Part shown: positions 25,106-33,877 of the stretch, one piece after another
Layout of the letters: each line of letters opens with the position of its first letter
Numbering within the stretch: position 1 is the stretch's first letter
Assembly (NCBI GenBank): GCA_963832415.1
Contig: CAWHTZ010000014.1
Coordinates: 295,339-359,338 of the forward strand
Direction of reading: 5' to 3'
Length of the DNA: 64,000 bases
DNA from: an uncultured Actinomycetota bacterium
GTDB taxonomy: Bacteria > Actinomycetota > Actinomycetes > Propionibacteriales > Nocardioidaceae
Made by a program: the position numbers and the translations under genes
The notes under the pieces: generated by a model
What the model saw: only the letters and a program-made list of their open reading frames with translations
Told to the model about the DNA's origin: nothing
The model's database searches: none

Positions 25106-25783
25106 TCAGGCGGTGACGACGACCGTCGCGCCGAGCTGCGCGAACTCCCACATGGCGATCGCGTCCTCCCGGCGCTGGCGGATGCAGCCGTGCGACAGGG
25201 GCGTGCCGAGCTCGTCGAGGGACTGCACGGGCGCGCCGTCCTGCTCCGGGATGTCGTGGAACCCGATCGCGGCGCTGTCGCCCACCGTGAAGCGGACGAA
25301 GTACCGCATCGTCCCGGAGTCGTCGACACCGACGGCGTCCCGGGAGCGCGAGTAGACCTCGTAGGTGCCCGGCTCCAGGTTGTCGTAGAGGCTGCCCGAG
25401 ACGAGGTAGGTCCGCTGGACCTCCTCGTCGTCGCCGACGAGCCACACCTGCTGGCGGGACTCGCTGAAGACGGCGCGCCGGCCCTCGCCCGACTCGTCGG
25501 GCAGGGTCGCGTCGGGCGGCTCCCAGGGGTGGGCGATCACCGTGCCCGCCTGGACGGGCTGCGGCTGGGGGGTCGTCGTCCCACCGGCGCTCCCGGCAGC
25601 GACGCCGGCCACGTCGGCACCCGGGCGCCCGGTGTCGGCGGCGACGGGGCCCGTGGCGATCACGCCGAGCCCGCCGAGCACGGAGACCGTGGTGGTCAGC
25701 AGCGCCCCGGAGGCGGCGACGATCCGCCCGTACCGGGGCCGCACGCCGGCCCGCGGCCCGGGCTCGGCCCGATCAGCAGCCAT
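25106..25783 (-). CDS. L,D-transpeptidase (YkuD domain)
   Basis: Catalytic LSHGCIRQ motif and N-terminal membrane/signal segment (IVAASGALLTTTVSVLGGLGVIA). ATG 25783. Confidence 0.8.
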   Translation of the reverse strand: MAADRAEPGPRAGVRPRYGRIVAASGALLTTTVSVLGGLGVIATGPVAADTGRPGADVAGVAAGSAGGTTTPQPQPVQAGTVIAHPWEPPDATLPDESGEGRRAVFSESRQQVWLVGDDEEVQRTYLVSGSLYDNLEPGTYEVYSRSRDAVGVDDSGTMRYFVRFTVGDSAAIGFHDIPEQDGAPVQSLDELGTPLSHGCIRQRREDAIAMWEFAQLGATVVVTA

Positions 25784-25794
25784 CGCCGGACCCG

Positions 25795-26643
25795 TCAGCC
25801 CCGGGCGGCCGGCGCCGCGGGCTCCGGCGGCGTGGCGGGGGCGGCGGCCGGGCTCTGGGCCGGGACCGCCCGGACACCCTGGCGGGCGAGCAGGTTCTCG
25901 GCCACCTCCCGGTAGGCCAGGGCGCCCTTGCTGCGGCGCTGGGTCGCCAGGATCGAGCGCCCGGCGGCGGGGGCCTCGGCGAACTTGATGGTCTTCGGGA
26001 TCGGCGGCTCGATGACGGCGAGCTCGTAGGTCTCCGAGATGTTCTCGAGCACCGCCCGGCTGTGGTTGGTGCGCCCGTCGAAGAGGGTCGGGAGCACCCC
26101 CCAGACCTCGAGCCGGCGGTTCGTGAACCGGCGGACGTCGTGGACCGTGTCGAGCAGCTGGCCGACGCCCCGGTGGCTCAGCGTCTCGCACTGGAGCGGC
26201 ACCAGCACGCCCTGCGCGGCGGTGAGCGCCGCGACCGTCAGCACGCCCAGCGACGGGGGGCAGTCGAGCAGGACCCAGTCGTAGACCTCGTCGGCGTCCT
26301 CGAGCGCCTCCAGCGCCGCCTTCAGGACGTGCTCGCGGCCGGTTCGCGTGAGCAGGTCGGCCTCGGCGCGGGCGAGCTCGATCGTCGCCGGCAGCAGGTC
26401 GAGGCCCTCCTCGGTGGTGACCAGCACCTCGGTCGGCTCGATCCCCTGGGTCAGCACCTGGTGGACCGACAGCTCCAGGTCCTCGGGGTCGATGCCCAGC
26501 GAGAAGGTCAGGCAGGCCTGCGGATCGAGGTCGACCATCAGCACCCGCTGCCCCAGCTCGGCCAGCGCGGCTCCGAGCGAGGCGACGGTCGTCGTCTTGG
26601 CGACGCCGCCCTTCTGGTTGGCGACGGCGAGGATGGTGGTCAT
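25795..26643 (-). CDS. ParA/Soj-family ATPase (orphan)
   Basis: Deviant Walker A NQKGGVAKTT, plus MVDLDPQ. ATG 26643. No parB adjacent. Confidence 0.85.
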   Translation of the reverse strand: MTTILAVANQKGGVAKTTTVASLGAALAELGQRVLMVDLDPQACLTFSLGIDPEDLELSVHQVLTQGIEPTEVLVTTEEGLDLLPATIELARAEADLLTRTGREHVLKAALEALEDADEVYDWVLLDCPPSLGVLTVAALTAAQGVLVPLQCETLSHRGVGQLLDTVHDVRRFTNRRLEVWGVLPTLFDGRTNHSRAVLENISETYELAVIEPPIPKTIKFAEAPAAGRSILATQRRSKGALAYREVAENLLARQGVRAVPAQSPAAAPATPPEPAAPAARG

Positions 26644-26692
26644 CGTGGCCCATTGTGCAGGACCGGGTTGCTCATCCGGCGAACCCGCCTCG

Positions 26693-27496
26693 ATGCTGGT
26701 GGGCATGTCGCCCGCCCGCGAGCTTCCCTCCCTGCCCACGGGGACCGCCCTGGTGACCGGCGCCACCGCCGGGATCGGGCTCGTCTTCGCCGAACGACTG
26801 GCCGAGCGCGGGCACGACCTCGTGCTGGTCGCGCGCGACGCCGCGCGTCTGGACGCGACCGCGGAGCGGCTCGGGGCGGCGTACGGCGTGACGGTCGAGC
26901 CGCTGGTGGCCGACCTGGCCGACCGCGCGCAGCTGGCCCGGGTGGAGGCGCGCCTGGCCGACCGGCAGCGGCCGGTGTCCGTGCTGGTGAACAACGCCGG
27001 CTACGGCCTCAAGGGACGCTTCCTCGACAACCCCGTCGAGGCCGAGCAGGCCATGCTCGACGTGCTGGTCGTCGCCGTCATGCGGCTGAGCCACGCCGCC
27101 CTGGGGGCGATGACCGAGCGCGGCGAGGGGGTGGTGGTCAACGTCTCCAGCCTCGCCGGCTTCCTGCCCCGGGGCACCTACGGCGCGGCCAAGTCCTGGG
27201 TGACCAGCTTCACCCGTTGGGCGGCCGGGGAGTACGCCGACCGCGGCGTGCGCGTGATGGCGCTGCTGCCGGGCTTCGTGCGCACCGAGTTCCACCAGCG
27301 GATGGACGTGGGGCGGGACTCGGTCCCGACCCCCCTCTGGCTGGACGCCCAGGACCTGGTCGACGGGGCGCTCGCCGACCTCGACCGCGGCCGGACGGTC
27401 AGCGTGCCCAGCAAGCGCTACAAGGCGATCGTCGGGCTGACCCGGGTGGTGCCCTTCGGCGTGCTGCAGCGGCTCCAGGGCATGGGTCGGACGTAG
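26693..27496 (+). CDS. SDR family oxidoreductase
   Basis: TGATAGIG cofactor motif, NNAG, catalytic YGAAK. ATG 26693 or 26705. Confidence 0.85.
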   Translation: MLVGMSPARELPSLPTGTALVTGATAGIGLVFAERLAERGHDLVLVARDAARLDATAERLGAAYGVTVEPLVADLADRAQLARVEARLADRQRPVSVLVNNAGYGLKGRFLDNPVEAEQAMLDVLVVAVMRLSHAALGAMTERGEGVVVNVSSLAGFLPRGTYGAAKSWVTSFTRWAAGEYADRGVRVMALLPGFVRTEFHQRMDVGRDSVPTPLWLDAQDLVDGALADLDRGRTVSVPSKRYKAIVGLTRVVPFGVLQRLQGMGRT

Positions 27497-27500
27497 CCGC

Positions 27501-28385
27501 TCAGGCCCCGGCGACGACGGCCGGGGCGGCGCGACCCGCGGCCCGGGCGGCGGCGTCCGCGCGCTCGAGCAGCCGCGTGAGCTCGCCCGGGTCGGTGGTG
27601 TTGCAGCCGAGCTCGTGGTCGATCTTGCCCGCGCCGTGGTGGTCGCTGGACCCCGTCACGACCAGGTCCAGCTCGGCCGCGATGGCGCGGAGCCCGCGGC
27701 GGGCGTCCTCGTCGTGGTCCTGGTGGTCCACCTCGACCCCGCTCAACCCGGCCTCCTGCAGAGCGGCGAAGCCCTCGAGCCCGAGCGGTGTCGGGTCGGA
27801 CCGCCCCCACGGGTGCGCGACCACGGTGACGCCGCCGGCGTCCGCGACCGTGCGGACCGCCTCCTCGAGCGGGGCGGCGTACCGCGGGACGTGGGCCGGC
27901 ATGCCCGGGTTGAGGTAGCGGTCGAACGCCTCGTCGCGGTGGGCCACGGCGCCGAGCCGGACCAGCGCGTCGGCCACGTGCGGCCGACCGGTGGCCGCCG
28001 CGTCGCCGGAGACCTCCCGCACGTGCGCCTCCTCGATGCCGATGTCGAGGCGGCGCAGCTTCTCGATGATCGCGGGGAGGCGCGCCTCCCGGCCCTCGAG
28101 GACCCGGGCCAGCATTGCGCTCAGGTCGGGGTGCTCCGGGTCGGGCAGGTAGGCGAGCAGGTGCACGCCGCGCCCGCTCGCGTGCTTCGTCGAGATCTCC
28201 ATGCCCCGCAGCAGCGTGACCCCGTGCTCGGCGGCGGCGTCCGCCGCCTCGGCCCACCCGGCCGCGGTGTCGTGGTCGGTCAGGCCCAGCACGTCGATGC
28301 CCGCGGCGCGGGCCGCGCGCACCAGCTCGGTCGGCGACTGGGTGCCGTCGCTGGCCCGGGAGTGCGTGTGCAGGTCGATGCGCAT
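27501..28385 (-). CDS. PHP domain metal-dependent phosphoesterase (TrpH/YciV-like)
   Basis: MRIDLHTHSRASDG start, with conserved His/Asp clusters (TDHDT, AHP, SDHHG). Confidence 0.85.
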   Translation of the reverse strand: MRIDLHTHSRASDGTQSPTELVRAARAAGIDVLGLTDHDTAAGWAEAADAAAEHGVTLLRGMEISTKHASGRGVHLLAYLPDPEHPDLSAMLARVLEGREARLPAIIEKLRRLDIGIEEAHVREVSGDAAATGRPHVADALVRLGAVAHRDEAFDRYLNPGMPAHVPRYAAPLEEAVRTVADAGGVTVVAHPWGRSDPTPLGLEGFAALQEAGLSGVEVDHQDHDEDARRGLRAIAAELDLVVTGSSDHHGAGKIDHELGCNTTDPGELTRLLERADAAARAAGRAAPAVVAGA

Positions 28386-28458
28386 GCGTCAACCCTAGGC
28401 GGCAAGGGGACCGCACCCGGTCATGCTCCCCCGCCCGCGGGGTCGGCACCGGGCCGGG

Positions 28459-29181
28459 TCACCACTCGGGCCTGGTCCCCCCGAACGGTGTCTCGACCAG
28501 CGGCGGCCCCAGCTCCGAGGCGTCGGTGAGGATCCAGTCGTCGCCGAGCAGCAGGATCGCCGAGGCCGGGCGCAGCACGAGCCACAGCCATCGGCCGGCC
28601 GCCTCCCCCGCCACGACCGCACGGTCGAGGTCGCCGGCGATGTCACGGGCGGTGTCGCCGGCGGTGTCGCCGACGGTGCCTCCGGCGGCGTCGCTCGTGG
28701 ACACCAGCCACAGGGGCACCGAGACCGAGCCGATCCGCACCCTGACGGTCGGCGGGCCGTCGCCGAGCAGGTGGCCGGGATCGGTCGTCCGCATGCCCGC
28801 GCAACGGCTCCCGAGGCCGGTGCCCGGCTCCTCCGCCACGACGAAGACGTCGACCTGGCCGTCGATCTCGCTGGTGCCCGAGCACACCGCGACGCTGCCG
28901 CGCGTCGTCCCCGGCGTCTCGGCGACGACGGCGAAGTCGGAGACCGACCAGCCCGGGCTCATCGGCCACGGGAGGTAGGTGGGGAAGCTCGGTGCCAGGT
29001 GCAGCAGGTCGCCGAACGCCTCGTAGGTGACCTCGCGGGGCCGCCACAGCGGGGGCGTCACCCCGTGGTCGACGCAGGAGTAGGTCCCCTCCCACTCGGT
29101 CACCGGGGCCGAGCAGCGGGGGCAGCTTGCCGAGAGCCTCACGCTCCCACCGTCACCGGACGGGCCCTCCCGGTCAAGCAC
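28459..29181 (-). CDS. Conserved hypothetical protein (possibly DUF6758 family)
   Basis: 240-aa GC3-rich ORF with N-terminal CPRC...C..H zinc-ribbon-like segment. GTG 29181 preceded by GGAG. Follows the maoC stop by 10 nt. Confidence 0.55.
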   Translation of the reverse strand: MLDREGPSGDGGSVRLSASCPRCSAPVTEWEGTYSCVDHGVTPPLWRPREVTYEAFGDLLHLAPSFPTYLPWPMSPGWSVSDFAVVAETPGTTRGSVAVCSGTSEIDGQVDVFVVAEEPGTGLGSRCAGMRTTDPGHLLGDGPPTVRVRIGSVSVPLWLVSTSDAAGGTVGDTAGDTARDIAGDLDRAVVAGEAAGRWLWLVLRPASAILLLGDDWILTDASELGPPLVETPFGGTRPEW

Positions 29182-29190
29182 CGTCGCTCC

Positions 29191-29724
29191 TCAGGAGGAC
29201 TCGGGGCCGGGCCAGTTCTTGTCCGGCCGGGGCTCGGGCCGGCCGGGCTGCTCCCCGCCGCGCGACTCGAGGTAGCTCTGCTTGGGCACCATGACCTTGC
29301 GCTTGAAGATGCAGACCACGGTGCCGTCCTGGTTGTAGCCGATGGTCTCGACATGGACGACTCCCCGGTCGTCCTTGCTCTTCGACTCCCACTTGTCGAG
29401 CACGCGCGTCTCGCCGTAGAGCGTGTCCCCGTGGAAGGTGGGCGCCACGTGGCGCAGCGACTCGATCTCGAGGTTGGCGATCGCCTTGCCCGAGATGTCC
29501 GGGACGCTCATGCCCAGCAGGATCGAGTAGACGTAGTTGCCCACCACGACGTTCTTGCCGAACTGCGTGGTCTCCTCGGCGTAGTGCTCGTCGAGGTGCA
29601 GCGGGTGGTGGTTCATCGTGAGCAGGCAGAACATGTGGTCGTCGAACTCGGTGACCGTCTTGCCGGGCCAGTGCTTGTAGGAGGCCCCCACCTCGAACTC
29701 CTCATAGCTGCGACCGAACTGCAC
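29191..29724 (-). CDS. MaoC-family (R)-specific enoyl-CoA hydratase/dehydratase
   Basis: Hot-dog fold sequence (NHHPLHLDEHYA...). GTG 29724 preceded by GAAGGAG at 6 nt. Confidence 0.85.
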   Translation of the reverse strand: MQFGRSYEEFEVGASYKHWPGKTVTEFDDHMFCLLTMNHHPLHLDEHYAEETTQFGKNVVVGNYVYSILLGMSVPDISGKAIANLEIESLRHVAPTFHGDTLYGETRVLDKWESKSKDDRGVVHVETIGYNQDGTVVCIFKRKVMVPKQSYLESRGGEQPGRPEPRPDKNWPGPESS

Positions 29725-29876
29725 GGGTGACTCCTTCTCGTCAGGTCCGGTGCGCCGAGCGCACCACGTCGGGAACATCCTGCCCTGAGGGTGTGCCGGT
29801 CCGAACAGGGAGGCACCAGCTGGGCCGTGGGGTCGCGCCCCACGTGCAGAGGTGCAGGACGACGCGGTCCGCCATG

Positions 29877-31001
29877 TCAGCCGGCCGACCCGCGGCGCAG
29901 CCGCCGGGCCACGCGGCGCGCCGCCCGCTGCGGCAGGGACGCCGGCGGCGGGGACTGTTGCCGCCGGCCCTCGCGGTCCTGGACCAGCAGCGCGACCAGC
30001 TGCTCGACCGCCAGGTCGGCGATGGCGGCGTCCGCCACCGCGTCCGGCGGTGTGCCGTCGCGGTAGGCCGGCCGCAGGTCGCTGAGGTCGCCGACCACCC
30101 GGTACCCCTCCGTGGCGACCTGGTCGAGCATCGTCGCGGCGATCGCGTCGAACGCCGGCCGGCGCTCCGGCGGCACCGAGACCGGCCCGACCGCGCTCTT
30201 CCCGGCCAGCCGCTGCTGCGCGAAGTGCCACTTGATGTGCTCGGGGTGGTCGGAGAAGGGGAGGTCCTCCGGCAGCCGGGCGTTGATGCGGCGCAGCAGC
30301 TCGACCTCCGCGGTGCCCATCGACTCGTTGGATCCGCGCTTCTCGAGCTCGATCTCGACGTCGAGGCCCGCCGCCTCGGCGAAGCGGGGCCACAGCTCCC
30401 CCGGGGGGCTGCCGCTGGGCGGCACGGTCACGAGGACGACGTTCTCGGGGCCGACGACACCGCCCCAGCGCCGGGCGATCGCCGCGATGTTCTGGCCGGC
30501 CCACGGGATGCCGCGCCCGGGCCCCTCCCGCCACTGCTGCTCGGCCCGGTCGAGGAACTCGGTGAAGGAGAACGTCGCCCCGTTCTTGACGCGCTCCTGC
30601 CACAGCGCCGGCAGCTGACGGCCGAGGTCGCGGCAGGTCACCACCACCCGCAGCTCCCGGTCGGGGAACGACGCCTGCGCCCGCTCGATCATCGGGCGCT
30701 TGATGCCGCCCAGCATCTCGTGCGAGACGAGCGCCGGGCCGTCGAAGGCGTCGACCTCGGCGCGCAGCCGGTCCCAGGCCCCCTCCGCCCCCTCGTACCG
30801 GCGCCCGTCGAACCCGCGCTTGCGCAGGTCCATCGTGTGCAGGAAGTGGCTGGGGAGGTCACCCGGGTACAGGTAGCCCGAGGCTCGCAGCAGCTCGCGA
30901 TTGAGGTGCAGCTGCCACTGGAGAAAGGTGGTGCCGCTCTTCGGGGTGCCCACGTGCAGGACGACGCGCCGCCGAGCCGGCTTCCCGGGCATGGCCGTCA
31001 T
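29877..31001 (-). CDS. Sulfotransferase-like P-loop protein (paralog 1)
   Basis: N-terminal LHVGTPKSGTTFLQ (PAPS 5'-phosphosulfate-binding-loop-like) and VVTCRDLGRQLPALW (RD...S-type). Clear paralogy to 32554-33870. Confidence 0.6.
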   Translation of the reverse strand: MTAMPGKPARRRVVLHVGTPKSGTTFLQWQLHLNRELLRASGYLYPGDLPSHFLHTMDLRKRGFDGRRYEGAEGAWDRLRAEVDAFDGPALVSHEMLGGIKRPMIERAQASFPDRELRVVVTCRDLGRQLPALWQERVKNGATFSFTEFLDRAEQQWREGPGRGIPWAGQNIAAIARRWGGVVGPENVVLVTVPPSGSPPGELWPRFAEAAGLDVEIELEKRGSNESMGTAEVELLRRINARLPEDLPFSDHPEHIKWHFAQQRLAGKSAVGPVSVPPERRPAFDAIAATMLDQVATEGYRVVGDLSDLRPAYRDGTPPDAVADAAIADLAVEQLVALLVQDREGRRQQSPPPASLPQRAARRVARRLRRGSAG

Positions 31002-31020
31002 CGTAGTCAGCGGCGGGGCG

Positions 31021-32217
31021 TCAGCCCTTGAGGGCGTACTCCTTGAGCAGGCTGCGGCCGATGATCATCTTCTGGATGTCGGCGGTGCCCTCGCCGATCA
31101 GCAGGAAGGCGACCTCGCGGTAGAGCCGCTCGATCTCGTACTCCTTGGAGTAGCCGTACCCGCCGTGGATGCGGAACGAACCCTCGACGACCTGGTGGGC
31201 GTACTCGGCGGCCAGGTACTTCGCCATGCCGGCCTCGACGTCGTTGCGCTCGCCCTTGTCCTTCAGCCGGGCCGCCTTGACCATCATCGCGTGCGCGGTC
31301 TCGACCTTGGTGGCCATCTCGGCGAGCCGGAAGAGGATCGCCTGGTGCTGGGCGATGGGCTTGCCGAAGGTCTCGCGCTGCTGGGCGTAGGCGATGCCGA
31401 GCTCGAAGGCGCGCAGGCCGACGCCGCAGGCGCGGGCGGCCACGTTGACGCGGCCGACCTCGACGCCGTCCATCATCTGGTAGAAGCCCTGGCCCGGGGT
31501 CCCGCCCAGGACCTGGTCGGCGGAGATCTGGTGCCCCTCGAGCACCATCTCGGTGGTGTCGACGCCCTTGTAGCCCATCTTGTCGAGCTTGCCCGGGATG
31601 GAGACGCCGGGAGCGGTCTCGCCGAAGCCGGGCTCCTTCTCGACCAGGAAGGTCGTCATGTTCTTGTAGACCGAGTCGTCACCCTCGTCGGTCTTGGCCA
31701 GCAGGGCCACGAGGTTGGAGGAGCCACCGTTCGTCAGCCACATCTTCTGGCCGGTGATCGAGTAGCCGTCGCCCTCCTTGACCGCCTTCGTCTTGGTCGC
31801 GGAGACGTCGGAGCCCAGCCCCGGCTCGGACATCGAGAAGGACCCGCGGACCTCGCCGGCGGCCATCTTCGGCAGGTACTTCTGCTTCTGCTCCTCCGTG
31901 CCGTGGCGCATCAGCATGTAGGCCACGATGAAGTGCGTGTTGATGACGCCGGAGACGCTCATCCAGCCGCGCGCGATCTCCTCGACCGTGAGGGCGTAGG
32001 TCAGCAGCGACTCGCCGAGGCCGCCGTACTCCTCGGGGATCATGAGCCCGAAGATGCCGAGCTCCTTGAGCCCCTCGACGATCTCGGTCGGGTACTCGTC
32101 GGCGTGCTCGAGCTCGGTGGCGACCGGGATGATCTTCTCCTCGACGAACTGCCGGACGGTCTTGAGGATCTCCTCCTGGATGTCGGTGAGGCCCTCGGTC
32201 TCGCACAGGCGACCCAT
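31021..32217 (-). CDS. Acyl-CoA dehydrogenase
   Basis: 398 aa with typical ACAD sequence throughout (GSDVSATKT..., QRETFGKPI..., YEGTADIQ-like IGEGTADIQ). Confidence 0.9.
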   Translation of the reverse strand: MGRLCETEGLTDIQEEILKTVRQFVEEKIIPVATELEHADEYPTEIVEGLKELGIFGLMIPEEYGGLGESLLTYALTVEEIARGWMSVSGVINTHFIVAYMLMRHGTEEQKQKYLPKMAAGEVRGSFSMSEPGLGSDVSATKTKAVKEGDGYSITGQKMWLTNGGSSNLVALLAKTDEGDDSVYKNMTTFLVEKEPGFGETAPGVSIPGKLDKMGYKGVDTTEMVLEGHQISADQVLGGTPGQGFYQMMDGVEVGRVNVAARACGVGLRAFELGIAYAQQRETFGKPIAQHQAILFRLAEMATKVETAHAMMVKAARLKDKGERNDVEAGMAKYLAAEYAHQVVEGSFRIHGGYGYSKEYEIERLYREVAFLLIGEGTADIQKMIIGRSLLKEYALKG

Positions 32218-32329
32218 GGTCGTTTCCTTCCCTCGCGGCGGCGTCCGCCGTCGATCCTAACTCGCCGGTAACCTCGCGCGGCTGTGGCGTCTCCCACCCC
32301 GCTGGGCCCGGCCCTGCGCGGGGGTCGGC

Positions 32330-32557
32330 TCAGGACTGGTCGGGCGGCTCCGCCTCGAGCGAGGCCTCCAGCAGCGGCAGCAGCGACGCCTCCAGCTCGG
32401 CCACGTGGCGCTGCAGCGGCCCCGCGAGCCTCGTGCTCTCGGCCACGGCCTCCTCGAGCGCGTCCAGGCGCCCGTCGAGCTCGCGCAGCTCGGCGAGACC
32501 GATGCCGTCGAGGATCCGGCGGGCCGCGCGGCGCCCCGCTTCCGCGGCCCGGCTCAC
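32330..32557 (-). CDS. Small coiled-coil protein, translationally coupled
   Basis: 75 codons. GTG 32557 overlaps the stop of the upstream gene (GTGA, 32554-32557). Heptad-like LAELRELDGRLDALEEAVAES... No family recognised. Confidence 0.4.
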   Translation of the reverse strand: MSRAAEAGRRAARRILDGIGLAELRELDGRLDALEEAVAESTRLAGPLQRHVAELEASLLPLLEASLEAEPPDQS

Positions 32558-33870
32558 AGCGACTCGTTCCGGTAGGCGCGCAGGGCCCGCCCCGTGAGGC
32601 GCTGCTCCTGCTGGTGGGCCGGCAGCAGGAGCTCGCAGACCACGTCGCCCAGCTCGCCGACGCGCAGGTGCAGGGCGCGGGCCTGCGCCACCTCCGTCTC
32701 GAGCGCCGCGATTCGCGCCCGCATCTCCTCGGCGCGCGTCTCGACGCGCCCAGCGGTGATGCGGCGCACGACGCCCTTGCCGATCGCACGCACGGATCGC
32801 GGCGTCGGCTCGCCGGCCTCCGCGGCGCCGGGCGCTCGGGCGGCGTCCCGCTCGCGGGTGCGCTCCCGCAGCAGCTGGAGCAGCTGCACGATCGTCTCGG
32901 TCGCGGCCTCGAGGAGCTCGTCGTCCCCGGCCTCGCCGGGAGTGCGGCCCTCGGGGCGCTCCGCCCGCACGTCGTCGAGGTCGCCGTGGACGGCGTACCC
33001 CGCGGCCCGCACGCGCTCGATCGCCTCCTCGGCCCGGGCCCGCGCCTCCTCGTGCTGCTCGTCGGTGATGCCGATCCGCTCGGAGCCGAGGCCGGCAAGG
33101 ATCCCGTGCGCCAGGGTGTCGCGCAGCCACAGCGCCTGCTGGCGGTTGCCCCGGATGCGGTCGCCCACGACGGCGTTCACCCGCCGGAGCAGCTCGGCGC
33201 CCACGACCCCGAGGGACGAGTTGGCCCGGTCGCCGCGCAGGTCCAACCCGGTCAGGGGCAGCCCGCAGGCGTCCGCGAAGCGCCGCCACAGCTCCGCACG
33301 GTCGCCGCCCGCGCGCGGCACCGTGACCACGTGGACGCGCTCGGGGGGAAGGCCGGCGCCCCAGCGCGCCGCCACGCCGGCCGGGTCCATGGTGCGCCAG
33401 CCCCACTCGGCGCGCTCGCCCGCCGACTCCGGCCGCGGGCGCCACTGCTCCAGCGGGGTGGTCAGGGCGAACTTGAGCCGCTCCTGCCAGGCGGAGGGCA
33501 CCGACGCGGCCAGGTCGCGGGCGGTGATGACGACGTGCACCTCGAGTCCGTCGAGGTCGGCGAGCGCGCGCCGCACCTGCTCCTCCGACGCGCCGGCGAA
33601 GAGCTCATAGCTGAGGACCGCGACCTCGCCGTCCCAGGCGCGCACCTGGGCGACCAGGCGGGACCAGGCGCTGCGGGCGGGCTCACCGAGGTCCTCCAGG
33701 CGCGGGTCGTCGCGCACGACCATGGCCGCGTGGATCCGGTCGAGGTGCCGGTCGCCGACGACGAGCACGCCGGCGTCCGCGAGGGCCCTCCGGTTCGCCT
33801 CCAGGACCCCCTGGAGATAGGTCGTGCCCGACTTGGGGGCGCCCACGTGCAGGAACAGCCGCTGCGTCAT
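32554..33870 (-). CDS. Sulfotransferase-like P-loop protein with C-terminal coiled coil (paralog 2)
   Basis: LHVGAPKSGTTYLQ, VVITARDLAASVPSAW. About 120-aa C-terminal extension with RAEEMRARIAALETEVAQARALHLRV. ATG 33870, 8 nt after the upstream stop. Confidence 0.6.
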   Translation of the reverse strand: MTQRLFLHVGAPKSGTTYLQGVLEANRRALADAGVLVVGDRHLDRIHAAMVVRDDPRLEDLGEPARSAWSRLVAQVRAWDGEVAVLSYELFAGASEEQVRRALADLDGLEVHVVITARDLAASVPSAWQERLKFALTTPLEQWRPRPESAGERAEWGWRTMDPAGVAARWGAGLPPERVHVVTVPRAGGDRAELWRRFADACGLPLTGLDLRGDRANSSLGVVGAELLRRVNAVVGDRIRGNRQQALWLRDTLAHGILAGLGSERIGITDEQHEEARARAEEAIERVRAAGYAVHGDLDDVRAERPEGRTPGEAGDDELLEAATETIVQLLQLLRERTRERDAARAPGAAEAGEPTPRSVRAIGKGVVRRITAGRVETRAEEMRARIAALETEVAQARALHLRVGELGDVVCELLLPAHQQEQRLTGRALRAYRNESL

Positions 33871-33877
33871 CGTCGAC

